Positions 1-7,417 are shown, counted from the stretch's first letter. The stretch: DNA of 24,000 nt from Clostridia bacterium (GCA_017466445.1 JAFTUC010000019.1:1-24000), one strand, 5' to 3'. Translations and numbers: made by a program. The notes: a model not told the origin generated them from the letters alone.

Positions 1-752
1 AGACTAACTGCTAATTCATCAAGGTAATCAATGTGTCCGTGATTTGCACCGTATAGAGTAACATAACCGTCTTTTTCTGCAGTGATGTCTTGTCCCATAA
101 AAACAACTCGTTCGCCTTTTTTGAGGTACTGCTTGTGTCCGTTTTTCATTAGGTCATTATACTCATCTACAGCCGATTGATAATACTCCTCAAACAGTTG
201 CTTTGCTTTTTCGATATTACCGAGATAACCGTAAACCATGCATTCTTCCAAAGAAATAAGATGATCCATATTATCTAACAACGGATATTCCTTTCTATGT
301 GCAAGGATAGCATCTCGGCTATTCAAGATTTCATATGCGGGCAAAACATATTGATCAATTTCTTCAATAATGCTTTTTATAATTTTGTCTGTCTTCTTGT
401 GAAGGTCATACCAAGTTTCCTGCTTGCCGCTAACGATTCCTAATCGTGAGCGAATTGTACACTCATACTCGTGGTAGTATTTTTTCTTTTCTGCTTGGGG
501 TTGAAACGTTCTTTCGGAACATTCCGGAATACGAATTCCCAAATTCACACAAAGGAGTCCGCTCATTCCATGCGAAGGCATACCGCTTTGAAAATGAATG
601 ACTTGCGAAATATCTTCCGAAACGAAACGGTGAAGTGTGCGCCCGTGTTTTTTGAACCCATACGGTTTAATGTGTTCATATACCGTTGCTTCAATTTCAT
701 CAACAATTTGAGTTGTATTGATTTCAGTTTTCTTTTTCAAAAAATCTAACAT
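1..752 (-). CDS. DUF4304-like hypothetical protein (partial; 3' end beyond window edge)
   Basis: This gene is absent from the ORF track because it runs off the window. My hand translation of the minus strand from ATG (complement of 750-752) is uninterrupted down to nt 1: MLDFLKKKTEINTTQIVDEIEATVYEHIKPYGFKKHGRTLHRFVSEDISQVIHFQSGMPSHG...YGANHGHIDYLDELAVS. An AGGAG SD (complement of 762-766) lies 9 nt upstream. The N-terminal 'GFKKxGRTxxR...VIxFQ' pattern is what I recall for Pfam DUF4304. The plus-strand track ORFs 471-749 and 718-933 are antisense artefacts. Confidence 0.65.
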   Translation of the reverse strand, partial: MLDFLKKKTEINTTQIVDEIEATVYEHIKPYGFKKHGRTLHRFVSEDISQVIHFQSGMPSHGMSGLLCVNLGIRIPECSERTFQPQAEKKKYYHEYECTIRSRLGIVSGKQETWYDLHKKTDKIIKSIIEEIDQYVLPAYEILNSRDAILAHRKEYPLLDNMDHLISLEECMVYGYLGNIEKAKQLFEEYYQSAVDEYNDLMKNGHKQYLKKGERVVFMGQDITAEKDGYVTLYGANHGHIDYLDELAVS

Positions 753-866
753 TTTACCACGCTCCTTTCTTTACATCATAACCGATTGCAACTATTCCTT
801 TTCACGCTTTCTCCATTGTGTGTTGCAAAAGTGTTGCAGAAGCATTTTCCTAAATTGCATAAATGA

Positions 867-897
867 CCGAAAGCCCTGTATTTGCAAGGGCTTTCGG
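867..897 (-). terminator. Stem-loop downstream of the four-helix-bundle gene (probable intrinsic terminator)
   Basis: Perfect 11-bp stem CCGAAAGCCCT / AGGGCTTTCGG with a 9-nt loop, 17 nt after the stop at 914. On the minus strand it is followed by TCATTTAT, which is only moderately T-rich. Confidence 0.5.
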
Positions 898-913
898 GAA
901 TTTGTAAGCCGGT

Positions 914-1267
914 TTATTGTTTTGATTTTATAGTTGTAACAGTCGAAACTAACATTCTGCGAAGTTCAATACACGCACTTTGCATTTTATTAAACTCATT
1001 TTCACTAATTGAGTTAGTTTCATAAAGAAGCTCAAGCCAGTATTCGCTCTCGTTACATTCTTTTAGTGCTATTTCAAATTTAGAAATAAAATCCTTTGTA
1101 CCTTGTGCATACTGCGCTTCGTGAACGTTTGCACCAACCGACGTGCCACTTTTAAGCAACTGATTGATTAAAACGCCTTCTATTCTGTTTTCTCTTAACT
1201 GTCTGCAAAGAAAAACGATATCTTTGGCAAATGCTTTTGATTTATCTCTCAAAATACTGTCTGCCAT
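914..1267 (-). CDS. Four-helix-bundle protein, PF05635/TIGR02436 family ('23S rRNA intervening-sequence protein'; the family includes DGR Avd)
   Basis: 117-aa track ORF with an AGGAG SD 7 nt upstream of the ATG. Family-typical sequence: LLKSGTSVGANVHEAQYAQGTKDFISKFEIALKECNESEYWLELL. Size and predicted all-helical character fit the family. Confidence 0.85.
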   Translation of the reverse strand: MADSILRDKSKAFAKDIVFLCRQLRENRIEGVLINQLLKSGTSVGANVHEAQYAQGTKDFISKFEIALKECNESEYWLELLYETNSISENEFNKMQSACIELRRMLVSTVTTIKSKQ

Positions 1268-1283
1268 AGTTTTTCTCCTTTTT

Positions 1284-1400
1284 AGTTATGAGTTTAGAGT
1301 TATGAGAGTTCTTCGCACTCGTTATGATATGATTGCCTCGTTCCTTCAACTGCACCGAAGGTGCATTATAACTTGGCGAAGCCAACCATAACTCATAACT
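1284..1400. repeat. Imperfect ~117-nt inverted repeat built from GTTATGA/TCATAAC motifs
   Basis: Nested complementary segments: AGTTATGAGTT (1284-1294) with AACTCATAACT (1390-1400); CTTCGC (1311-1316) with GCGAAG (1376-1381); GTTAT (1321-1325) with ATAAC (1368-1372). The apical hairpin is GCACC-GAA-GGTGC (1352-1364). AGTTATGAG is duplicated in tandem (1284 and 1298), with a third GTTATGA at 1321. Two further small hairpins follow, TTGCCC-AAA-GGGCAA (1401-1415) and TTTTGC-TTT-GCAAAA (1425-1439). Confidence 0.6.
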
Positions 1401-1439
1401 TGCCCAAAGGGCAATCATAGTTGATTTTGCTTTGCAAAA

Positions 1440-2729
1440 TCACTCCCACTCGATCGTGGCTACGGGCTTAGGTGACAGGTCGTAAAGCACGCGGTTTACG
1501 CCGGAAACCTCGTTTAAGATGCGGTTTGTGATCTTGTGGAGAATAGCGTAGTCGATCTCCTCGATAGAGGCAGTCATTGCATCAACAGTATTGACCGCGC
1601 GTATGATGACAGGCCAGTCGTAGCATCTTGCGTTGTCTCTTACTCCTACCGAACGGAAATCGGGAATTGCCGTGAAATACTGCCATACCTTGCCGGCAAG
1701 ACCGTTTTTCGCAAATTCCTCGCGAAGGATAGCGTCAGACTCGCGTACCGCCTCGAGACGGTCACGGGTTATGGCACCGAGGCAACGAACTCCGAGTCCT
1801 GGACCGGGGAAGGGCTGACGGTAGACCATACTGTCGGGGAGTCCGAGAGCCGCGCCGCAGGCACGAACTTCGTCCTTGAAGAGCATCTTGAGAGGCTCTA
1901 CGAGCTCGAATTTAAGATCGTCGGGAAGTCCGCCGACGTTGTGGTGAGCCTTGACCGCCTTTGCGGTCTTGGTTCCGCTCTCGATGATGTCGGGATAGAT
2001 AGTTCCCTGGGCGAGGAAGGAGATTCCGTCGAGCTTTCTTGCTTCTTCCTCGAATACGCGAATGAATTCTGCGCCGATGATCTTTCTCTTCTGCTCGGAG
2101 TCTGCAACGCCTGCGAGCTTGTCGAGGAAGCGGTCGGTAGCGTCAACGTAAACGAGATTTGCGCCGAGCTCCTTGCCGAATACGCTTACTACCTGCTCGG
2201 GCTCGCCCTTTCTGAGAAGACCGTGGTTTACGTGTACGCAGGTGAGCTTGTTTCCGATAGCCTTGATAAGGAGAGCGGCAACGACAGACGAGTCAACTCC
2301 GCCCGAGAGAGCGAGAAGCACCTTTCCGTCTCCCACCTGTCTGCGGATGAGCTCGACCTGGTCGTTTATAAAGTTTTCCATATTCCAGTTTGCCTCGGCT
2401 TTGCATTTGTTGAATACGAAGTCGGAAAGAAGAGCCTTTCTTTCGTTTTGATCCGCAGGGAAACAGGGAGCACCTTTGTGATCGAAGGCTAAGACGGGGA
2501 TGCTGCTTGAATATACAGCCTCGGAGGCGTCTATCTCGATACCGTTAACGACTCTGTTTGCACCGCCGTTCAAAATAATTCCCTTTACGTTGGGAAGCGC
2601 ATCAAGAGCGTTCTTTGTAATATCGTGGGGGTGTATCTCCGAGTAAACTCCGAGATCGCGGATCTCGCGCGCGAGCATTGCGTTTTGTTCGCTTCCGAGG
2701 TCGATGATAAGAATCATATCCTGTTGCAT
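1440..2729 (-). CDS. guaA: GMP synthase (ATP-pyrophosphatase and dimerisation domains intact; N-terminal GATase domain internally truncated)
   Basis: GuaA hallmarks are present: SGGVDSS P-loop, KRKIIG, HHNVGGLP, FPGPGLG, and the C-terminal PVATIEWE (classical PPATIEWE). I moved the start to the ATG at complement of 2727-2729 (MQQDMILIIDLGS; GAAAGGA SD 9 nt upstream). The 176 extra upstream codons of track ORF 1440-3257 have no GuaA-like sequence and overlap yunB on the other strand. Resulting length is 429 aa, against ~510-525 aa for classical GuaA. Confidence 0.9.
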   Translation of the reverse strand: MQQDMILIIDLGSEQNAMLAREIRDLGVYSEIHPHDITKNALDALPNVKGIILNGGANRVVNGIEIDASEAVYSSSIPVLAFDHKGAPCFPADQNERKALLSDFVFNKCKAEANWNMENFINDQVELIRRQVGDGKVLLALSGGVDSSVVAALLIKAIGNKLTCVHVNHGLLRKGEPEQVVSVFGKELGANLVYVDATDRFLDKLAGVADSEQKRKIIGAEFIRVFEEEARKLDGISFLAQGTIYPDIIESGTKTAKAVKAHHNVGGLPDDLKFELVEPLKMLFKDEVRACGAALGLPDSMVYRQPFPGPGLGVRCLGAITRDRLEAVRESDAILREEFAKNGLAGKVWQYFTAIPDFRSVGVRDNARCYDWPVIIRAVNTVDAMTASIEEIDYAILHKITNRILNEVSGVNRVLYDLSPKPVATIEWE

Positions 2730-2913
2730 ATAGGTTGTTCCTTTCTGCCCGTAAGTTGGGCTTAAAAATAGATTTTTTATATAAAAGACCGTATTCCTGC
2801 CGATTTTTTCGGAAAGGATGCGATATTTTGCGTTTTGTGACGGGTACGCATGATTTTTGTGCTTTTGACCAAGCTCTCTTGAATATAGTATAACTGTACT
2901 AAAAAAAGGAGGG

Positions 2914-3609
2914 ATGACTGTGAGAGAGTCAGATCTTAGAAGAAGAGAAAGGATCCGCTCCTTTTTCGCCTCTGTGAAGCGATCATTAATGAAAAGAAGG
3001 AGAGACAGACGCTTTCTTTGGCGGATCGCCGTAATTCTTTTGTGCGTAGCTACTGTTTTTGTCAGCACCGTGGGAATATACAAAAGGTGCGCTCCGATAG
3101 CGCTCGGTGCGCTCGAAAACACGGTGAGCGCGTGGCTTGAGGAGATCGTTAACGAGACCGTGAGAGGTGAGCTTGAGTCCAAAAAATACAGATGGGATGA
3201 TTTCTGCATCAAGAATATCGGTGCTGACGGAAGCGTATCGTCGATAAGCATAGACACGTCAAAGGTGAGCGTGCTCTGCTCGGACCTCGTATCTCAAATA
3301 AATAAGGAGATACGGTCGAGGGGACACGTGACGATAAGAATTCCGATAGGAAACGCGATAGCCCCGAAATATCTGTCGGGCAGAGGCTTCAAGGTGAAGA
3401 TACGCGCGTTTCCGTACGTTTCTGTAAGTGCAAGCGTGACAAGCGACATAAAGGAGGCGGGTATAAATCAGATCCTGCACAGTATGAAGGTCTGTGTGAG
3501 ATCGAGCGTTGTGGCTGTCTGTATGTCGGATAGCGTCAGCTTTGTAAACGAAACTAAGGTGATGATAGCCGAGTCACTCGTTGTCGGAAATATTCCGATC
3601 GTGACTTAG
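2914..3609 (+). CDS. yunB: Sporulation protein YunB
   Basis: Basic N-terminus plus one TM segment (FLWRIAVILLCVATVFVSTV), and a C-terminal half matching the YunB pattern I recall (IPIGNAI...L.GRGFKVKI...EAGINQ...VVGNIP). A GGAGG lies at 2908-2912, so the in-frame GTG at 2920 has better SD spacing than the ATG at 2914 and may be the true start. Confidence 0.75.
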   Translation: MTVRESDLRRRERIRSFFASVKRSLMKRRRDRRFLWRIAVILLCVATVFVSTVGIYKRCAPIALGALENTVSAWLEEIVNETVRGELESKKYRWDDFCIKNIGADGSVSSISIDTSKVSVLCSDLVSQINKEIRSRGHVTIRIPIGNAIAPKYLSGRGFKVKIRAFPYVSVSASVTSDIKEAGINQILHSMKVCVRSSVVAVCMSDSVSFVNETKVMIAESLVVGNIPIVT

Positions 3610-5198
3610 GACGGGGAAATCTCCTTTGAAAGGAAGTATTCGTAGGAGTCGACGAGAGCGATGAAGCTGGCCTCGATTATATCGCAGGATACGCCTATCG
3701 TCGAAAATGATGACGTCGAGTCGGAGGAGTCGATAAGAACTCTTACCTTTGAGTCGGTGTTCTTTCCGAGATCGATAACGCGTACCTTGTAGTCGTTGAG
3801 ATGCATGAGATCGACCTGCGGATAAAACGCGTGCAGAGCCTTTCTGAGCGCTCCGTCGATAGCGTTGACCGGACCGTTTCCGTCGGCACAGGAGAGCTCG
3901 GTCTTACCGCCTACCTCGATCTTTATCATTGCGCTCGCCTGCTGCTCTCCGTCGGGAGCGGGGAAGTCGTCGTTAGACTTGTACATTATGACCCTGAAGG
4001 GTGATTTCCAAAGCCCGAGCTCCTTCTTTATAAGCAGCTCGAAGCTTGCGCTTGCACTTTCGTACTGATATCCCTCGAATTCACGCTCCTTGAGTCTTGC
4101 GGTAATAAGCTCGACCTCGGGCGAGGATTTTGTCAGATCGGGGATCAGATGACCGAGCTCGGCAAGTATCGTGCTCCGCCCGGATACCTCGCTGACGAGA
4201 TATTTTCTCGAATTTCCGACCGCCTCGGGAGGAATGTGCTCGAAAGAGGACGGACATTTCTGTACTGCGTCTATGTGCATGCCACCCTTGTGGGCAAAGG
4301 CGCATTTTCCTACGTACGGATGCGTGTGGCGAAGTCTTACGTTGGAGATCTCCGCGATCTGCTTTGCGGTCAGGCGAAGGCTTCTGAGATCTACCTCGCA
4401 GTCCATGCCGCATTTTATCGTAAGAGCGGGCATTATAGCCGAGAGATCGGCGTTTCCGCATCTTTCACCGAAGCCGATGAAGGTACCTTGCACCTGGCAT
4501 GCGCCCGCGAGGACCGCCGCGATCGAGTTGGCTACCGCGCACGCGCAGTCGTCGTGACAGTGTATGGACAGACGCGAGTCGGGGAATCTTTTTGATATTT
4601 CGGACACCACAGAGGAGATATCGTGCGGAAGAGTTCCGCCGTTCGTGTCGCAAAGAGTCAGCACGTCCACACCTGCCGATACCGAAGCGCTCAGGCAGGA
4701 GAGCGCATAATCGGAGTCCTCAAAATACCCGTCGAAGAAATGCTCGGCATCGAAGATGACCTCCTTGCCGCAGGATTTCAGGTAAGAGACGCTTTTTTTT
4801 ATGTATGTAAGATTTTTTTCGGGAGTTATGCCGAGAATATCGATGACCTGGCTCTTGCGGCATTTTGCGACTATGGCGACCGCGTCCGTTCCCGATGCCA
4901 AAAGAGCGCGTATCCCGGGATCGTTTTCGGGATCCTCCGATCTTGCCGTGCTTCCGAAGGCACAGAGCGTCGCGTTTTTGAGCTTTACATCCTTCATTTC
5001 TTCAAAGACCTTAAGGTCCTTGGGATTGGAAAAGGGATTGCCCGCTTCGATGTATCTGACGCCGAAGCCGTCGAGCAGGGATATTATTTTTTTCTTGTCG
5101 TTAATCGAAAATGAGATGCCCTCGCTCTGAGAACCGTCGCGGAGAGTGGAGTCATATATCTCGATCTTGCGCGGAAGTGATTTGCTTTCGGTGTACAT
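3606..5198 (-). CDS. cimA: Citramalate synthase (LeuA/CimA family, long form with C-terminal LeuA-dimer/regulatory domain)
   Basis: 530 aa. N-terminal IEIYDSTLRDGSQSEGISFS, HxH metal motif (SIHCHDD), and a C-terminal domain (GNGPVNAIDGALRKAL). Length and the 'GISFS' type N-terminus match CimA (TIGR00977) rather than short LeuA. AAAGGA SD upstream. Confidence 0.8.
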   Translation of the reverse strand: MYTESKSLPRKIEIYDSTLRDGSQSEGISFSINDKKKIISLLDGFGVRYIEAGNPFSNPKDLKVFEEMKDVKLKNATLCAFGSTARSEDPENDPGIRALLASGTDAVAIVAKCRKSQVIDILGITPEKNLTYIKKSVSYLKSCGKEVIFDAEHFFDGYFEDSDYALSCLSASVSAGVDVLTLCDTNGGTLPHDISSVVSEISKRFPDSRLSIHCHDDCACAVANSIAAVLAGACQVQGTFIGFGERCGNADLSAIMPALTIKCGMDCEVDLRSLRLTAKQIAEISNVRLRHTHPYVGKCAFAHKGGMHIDAVQKCPSSFEHIPPEAVGNSRKYLVSEVSGRSTILAELGHLIPDLTKSSPEVELITARLKEREFEGYQYESASASFELLIKKELGLWKSPFRVIMYKSNDDFPAPDGEQQASAMIKIEVGGKTELSCADGNGPVNAIDGALRKALHAFYPQVDLMHLNDYKVRVIDLGKNTDSKVRVLIDSSDSTSSFSTIGVSCDIIEASFIALVDSYEYFLSKEISPS

Positions 5199-5220
5199 TT
5201 CGTGATTCCTTTAAAAATTA

Positions 5221-6063
5221 TTATGATTTACTGTTCCAACGTTCGTAGTAGAACAGATATTGCTGCGCTATTCCCGCGTTGTTTCCGAATGATGTGATGT
5301 CAAATCCGTTCGGATAATATTTCGCAAAGACCTTTCTGACCCATACGTCTATCGGAAATGCGTCGGGCTTGTCAAATCCGAAGAGAAGGGCACAGGATGC
5401 GACCTTCGGACCGACACCCTTTATCTTCATAAGCTCCGAAAGAGCCTCTGCGGTCGGTAGAGAAGCGATACTGTCAAGATCGATCTCGCCCGAGGCGACC
5501 TTTTCGGCGGCGTCACTTATGTATTTTGCGCGAAATCCGGTACGAAGCTCGAATATCGCGTCGGTTCCCGCGAGCGCGAGAGCCTCTGCGGACGGGAATG
5601 AATAGAATACCCTTCCGTCCTTCTCTATCGGCTCGCCGTAGCGCTCGGAAAGAGCGTTTATTATCTTTTTTATTCTCGGAATGTTATTATTTTGGGAGAT
5701 TATAAAGGAGCAGAGAGCCTCCCAAGGATCCTGACGGAGTATCCTTATGCCCTTTCCGTATATAGCGGCATTTTTAAGAACCTCGTCGTCTCCCGAGGTA
5801 AAGAAGGAATTTATCTTTTTGTAATCGATATCGAGCGCGAGATATCTTCTCCAGATGCTTTCAAATTCGTCGAGCGTGCAGTCGAGAGTTATCGCGCCGT
5901 CCTCTTGAGAGAGGGTAAGAGCTCTTTTGTGCGCGATGCCGAAGACCGTGTTTTCCGAGACCTTGTCGAATCTGAAGGTCTGACCGCAGTCAAACGTCTG
6001 CGAGATGTCGAAAAAATCCTCGTCCTCGATACGTACAGAGCTTTTGAGATCGATTATACGCAC
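5221..6063 (-). CDS. ogg: 8-oxoguanine DNA glycosylase / DNA lyase (OGG1-type HhH-GPD protein)
   Basis: HhH-GPD signature LMKIKGVGPKVASCALLFGFDKPDAFPIDVWV (catalytic Lys and Asp positions) and an N-terminal OGG_N-like DCGQTFRF. Start assigned to the GTG at complement of 6061-6063 (VRIIDLKS; AGAAAGGA SD upstream). The longer track ORF (to 6384) would overlap the SDR gene by ~300 nt with an Arg/Cys-rich nonsense-like extension. Confidence 0.8.
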   Translation of the reverse strand: MRIIDLKSSVRIEDEDFFDISQTFDCGQTFRFDKVSENTVFGIAHKRALTLSQEDGAITLDCTLDEFESIWRRYLALDIDYKKINSFFTSGDDEVLKNAAIYGKGIRILRQDPWEALCSFIISQNNNIPRIKKIINALSERYGEPIEKDGRVFYSFPSAEALALAGTDAIFELRTGFRAKYISDAAEKVASGEIDLDSIASLPTAEALSELMKIKGVGPKVASCALLFGFDKPDAFPIDVWVRKVFAKYYPNGFDITSFGNNAGIAQQYLFYYERWNSKS

Positions 6064-6089
6064 TGTATTTAAATCCTTTCTTTTAGCAC

Positions 6090-6833
6090 TCAGGTGAACA
6101 GTCCGCCGTTTACGCCGAGGATCTGACCCGTAATGAATGAAGATGAATCGGAAGCGAGAAAATATACGGCGTTTGCGATATCGACATCGGTGGCATTTCT
6201 GCAAAGGGGAGTGTCCGCGGCAAGAGATTCGAGCACTTCGCTTCCGAGCGATCTTGTCATGTCGGTCTCGACAACACCGGGAGAAACGCAGTTTACACGT
6301 ATTCCCGACGGACCGAGCTCCTTGGCAAGTGCCTTGGTCATGCCTATAAGGGAAGCCTTGGACATTGAATATATGACCTCGCACGAGCCGCCGACCTCAC
6401 CCCACATGGAGGATACAGTGACGATGCTTCCGCTTTTTTTTGATATCATTTGCGGAATGAATGCTTTTGCTACAAGAAATGCGCCCCTGACGTTCGTATC
6501 CATCACGCGGTCATATTCCTGCTCGCTCACATCTTGAAAAAGCCCGTAGGAGGCAACGCCTGCGTTGAGAACGAGAGTGTCGATCCCTCCGATAGCCTCG
6601 GAGGCTTTGATAAGTCTTGATATCTCGTCGCTTTTTGAGACGTCCGCCTTTACGGTATCGACGCTCCTTGCGCCGAGCGACAGGCACTCCGAGGCAAGCG
6701 AAAGAGCTTCCTTCTCGGAATTTTTATAATTTATGATAACAGAGGAGCCCGCTGAAGCGAAGCGCCTGGCGCAAGCACTTCCGATGCCCCTTGATGCGCC
6801 CGTTATAAGAACTCTTTTCGGCGTGTCTGACAT
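6090..6833 (-). CDS. SDR-family oxidoreductase (FabG-like 3-oxoacyl reductase fold)
   Basis: TGASRGIG cofactor motif, NAG, catalytic S...YSMSK, and PG motif (SPGVVETDM). Start placed at the ATG at complement of 6831-6833 (MSDTPKRVLITG), with GGGGAG 7 nt upstream. The track's GTG at 6851 is the alternative. Confidence 0.85.
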   Translation of the reverse strand: MSDTPKRVLITGASRGIGSACARRFASAGSSVIINYKNSEKEALSLASECLSLGARSVDTVKADVSKSDEISRLIKASEAIGGIDTLVLNAGVASYGLFQDVSEQEYDRVMDTNVRGAFLVAKAFIPQMISKKSGSIVTVSSMWGEVGGSCEVIYSMSKASLIGMTKALAKELGPSGIRVNCVSPGVVETDMTRSLGSEVLESLAADTPLCRNATDVDIANAVYFLASDSSSFITGQILGVNGGLFT

Positions 6834-6868
6834 AAGCAAACTCTCCCCCACTATCTTTTATAAATGAT

Positions 6869-6897
6869 ATTTTATCATAAAAATATTTTAATTACAA
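6869..6897 (-). promoter_or_regulatory. Sigma-A-type promoter for the SDR-ogg-cimA operon
   Basis: Minus strand reads TTGTAA - 17 nt - TAAAAT, with a TG at the extended -10 position (aTGaTAAAAT). It lies ~35 nt upstream of the SDR start codon. Confidence 0.5.
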
Positions 6898-6968
6898 TAA
6901 TTTTGAGATGACATTTTGCCGATTTTTTAAAGAAATATTTATTTTTTTTGTAAAAAACGCACTTTCTA

Positions 6969-6997
6969 TTGAAAAGTCGGTCGATCCGTGATATAAT
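6969..6997 (+). promoter_or_regulatory. Sigma-A-type promoter for the DUF1292-like gene
   Basis: TTGAAA (6969-6974) - 17 nt - TATAAT (6992-6997), preceded by TGa (extended -10). It lies 30 nt upstream of the ATG at 7028. Confidence 0.6.
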
Positions 6998-7027
6998 TTA
7001 TAAAAAAACGAAGGAAGGTTACTTTTA

Positions 7028-7417
7028 ATGATAGTAAACATTAAGGAGATATATGAAAGACTTTGCGACAGCGAGGATTGGGATCCTATAGTTTTTGAGA
7101 ATCACCGAGGACAGAAGCTCTGCTTTGAGCAGGTGGCGACTCTCGATTACGAGGGCGAGCATTACGCATATCTTTATGAGATCGACGAGCACGGCGAGCA
7201 CGTACACGATTTCCCCGCAGTGCTCGTTCTTGACGATGAAAACAAGACTCTTGATTTCGTTACCGACAACAAGCTCGTCGAGGACATATCCTACGAGGTC
7301 GTCCGCATGCGCAGAGGAAACGGCGAGGACGGGGAGACAGATGAGCTTTATGACGAAGATCCCGACGCGGACGAGTTCTACGATATGGATGAGGAAATAG
7401 AAGACGAGAATCTCTAA
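7028..7417 (+). CDS. Small acidic protein, DUF1292-like
   Basis: 129 aa. The core IVFENHRGQKLCFEQVATLDYEGEHYAYLYEIDE...AVLVLDDENKTLDFVTDNKLVEDI follows the DUF1292 (YrzB-like) pattern I recall. It has a strongly acidic C-terminal tail (DELYDEDPDADEFYDMDEEIEDENL). Confidence 0.5.
   Translation: MIVNIKEIYERLCDSEDWDPIVFENHRGQKLCFEQVATLDYEGEHYAYLYEIDEHGEHVHDFPAVLVLDDENKTLDFVTDNKLVEDISYEVVRMRRGNGEDGETDELYDEDPDADEFYDMDEEIEDENL

Larger units (their letters stand above)
1..1439. other. AT-rich accessory islet abutting the 3' end of guaA (continues beyond the left window edge)
   Basis: Hand counts of G+C are 23/60 for nt 1-60 and 17/60 for nt 961-1020, versus 35/60 for nt 1441-1500 (start of guaA). 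Codon choice also switches, from AAA/GAA/TTA/TTG/ATT-rich here to AAG/GAG/CTC/CTT-rich from 1440 onwards. Both genes inside are accessory-type. Confidence 0.55.

Noticed and set aside
471-933. Plus-strand track ORFs 471-749 and 718-933 in the islet
   Set aside because: The first is antisense to the uninterrupted DUF4304-like frame. The second spans its promoter and the terminator hairpin. Neither has an SD, and both have Phe/Ile/Cys-rich AT-driven composition.
914-1267. Four-helix-bundle (Avd-family) gene as a marker of a diversity-generating retroelement
   Set aside because: No reverse transcriptase gene and no template/variable repeat pair are visible in the window. Orphan PF05635 genes are common. 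A DGR further left cannot be excluded from this window alone.
1536-2492. 318-aa plus-strand ORF antisense to guaA (plus smaller ORFs 1633-1818, 2173-2451)
   Set aside because: It lies entirely inside a strongly supported conserved gene on the other strand. It has no SD and a low-complexity composition, as is typical of antisense frames of GAG/CTC-rich coding DNA.
2730-2913. Search for a purine/guanine riboswitch upstream of guaA
   Set aside because: The minus-strand leader shows none of the conserved purine-riboswitch core sequence or three-way-junction pattern I recall. It is only a generic AT-rich divergent promoter region shared with yunB.
2730-3257. The 176-codon N-terminal extension of the guaA track ORF (1440-3257, 605 aa)
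   Set aside because: The extension has no GuaA-like sequence and is Ser/Leu/Thr-rich. It overlaps yunB and its upstream region on the opposite strand. A good SD plus ATG precedes the conserved MILIIDLGS start at 2729.
6064-6384. The 107-codon N-terminal extension of the ogg track ORF (5221-6384)
   Set aside because: It would overlap the 3' end of the SDR gene in another frame and encodes Arg/Cys/His-rich junk. An internal GTG with an SD at 6063 gives a normal 280-aa OGG.
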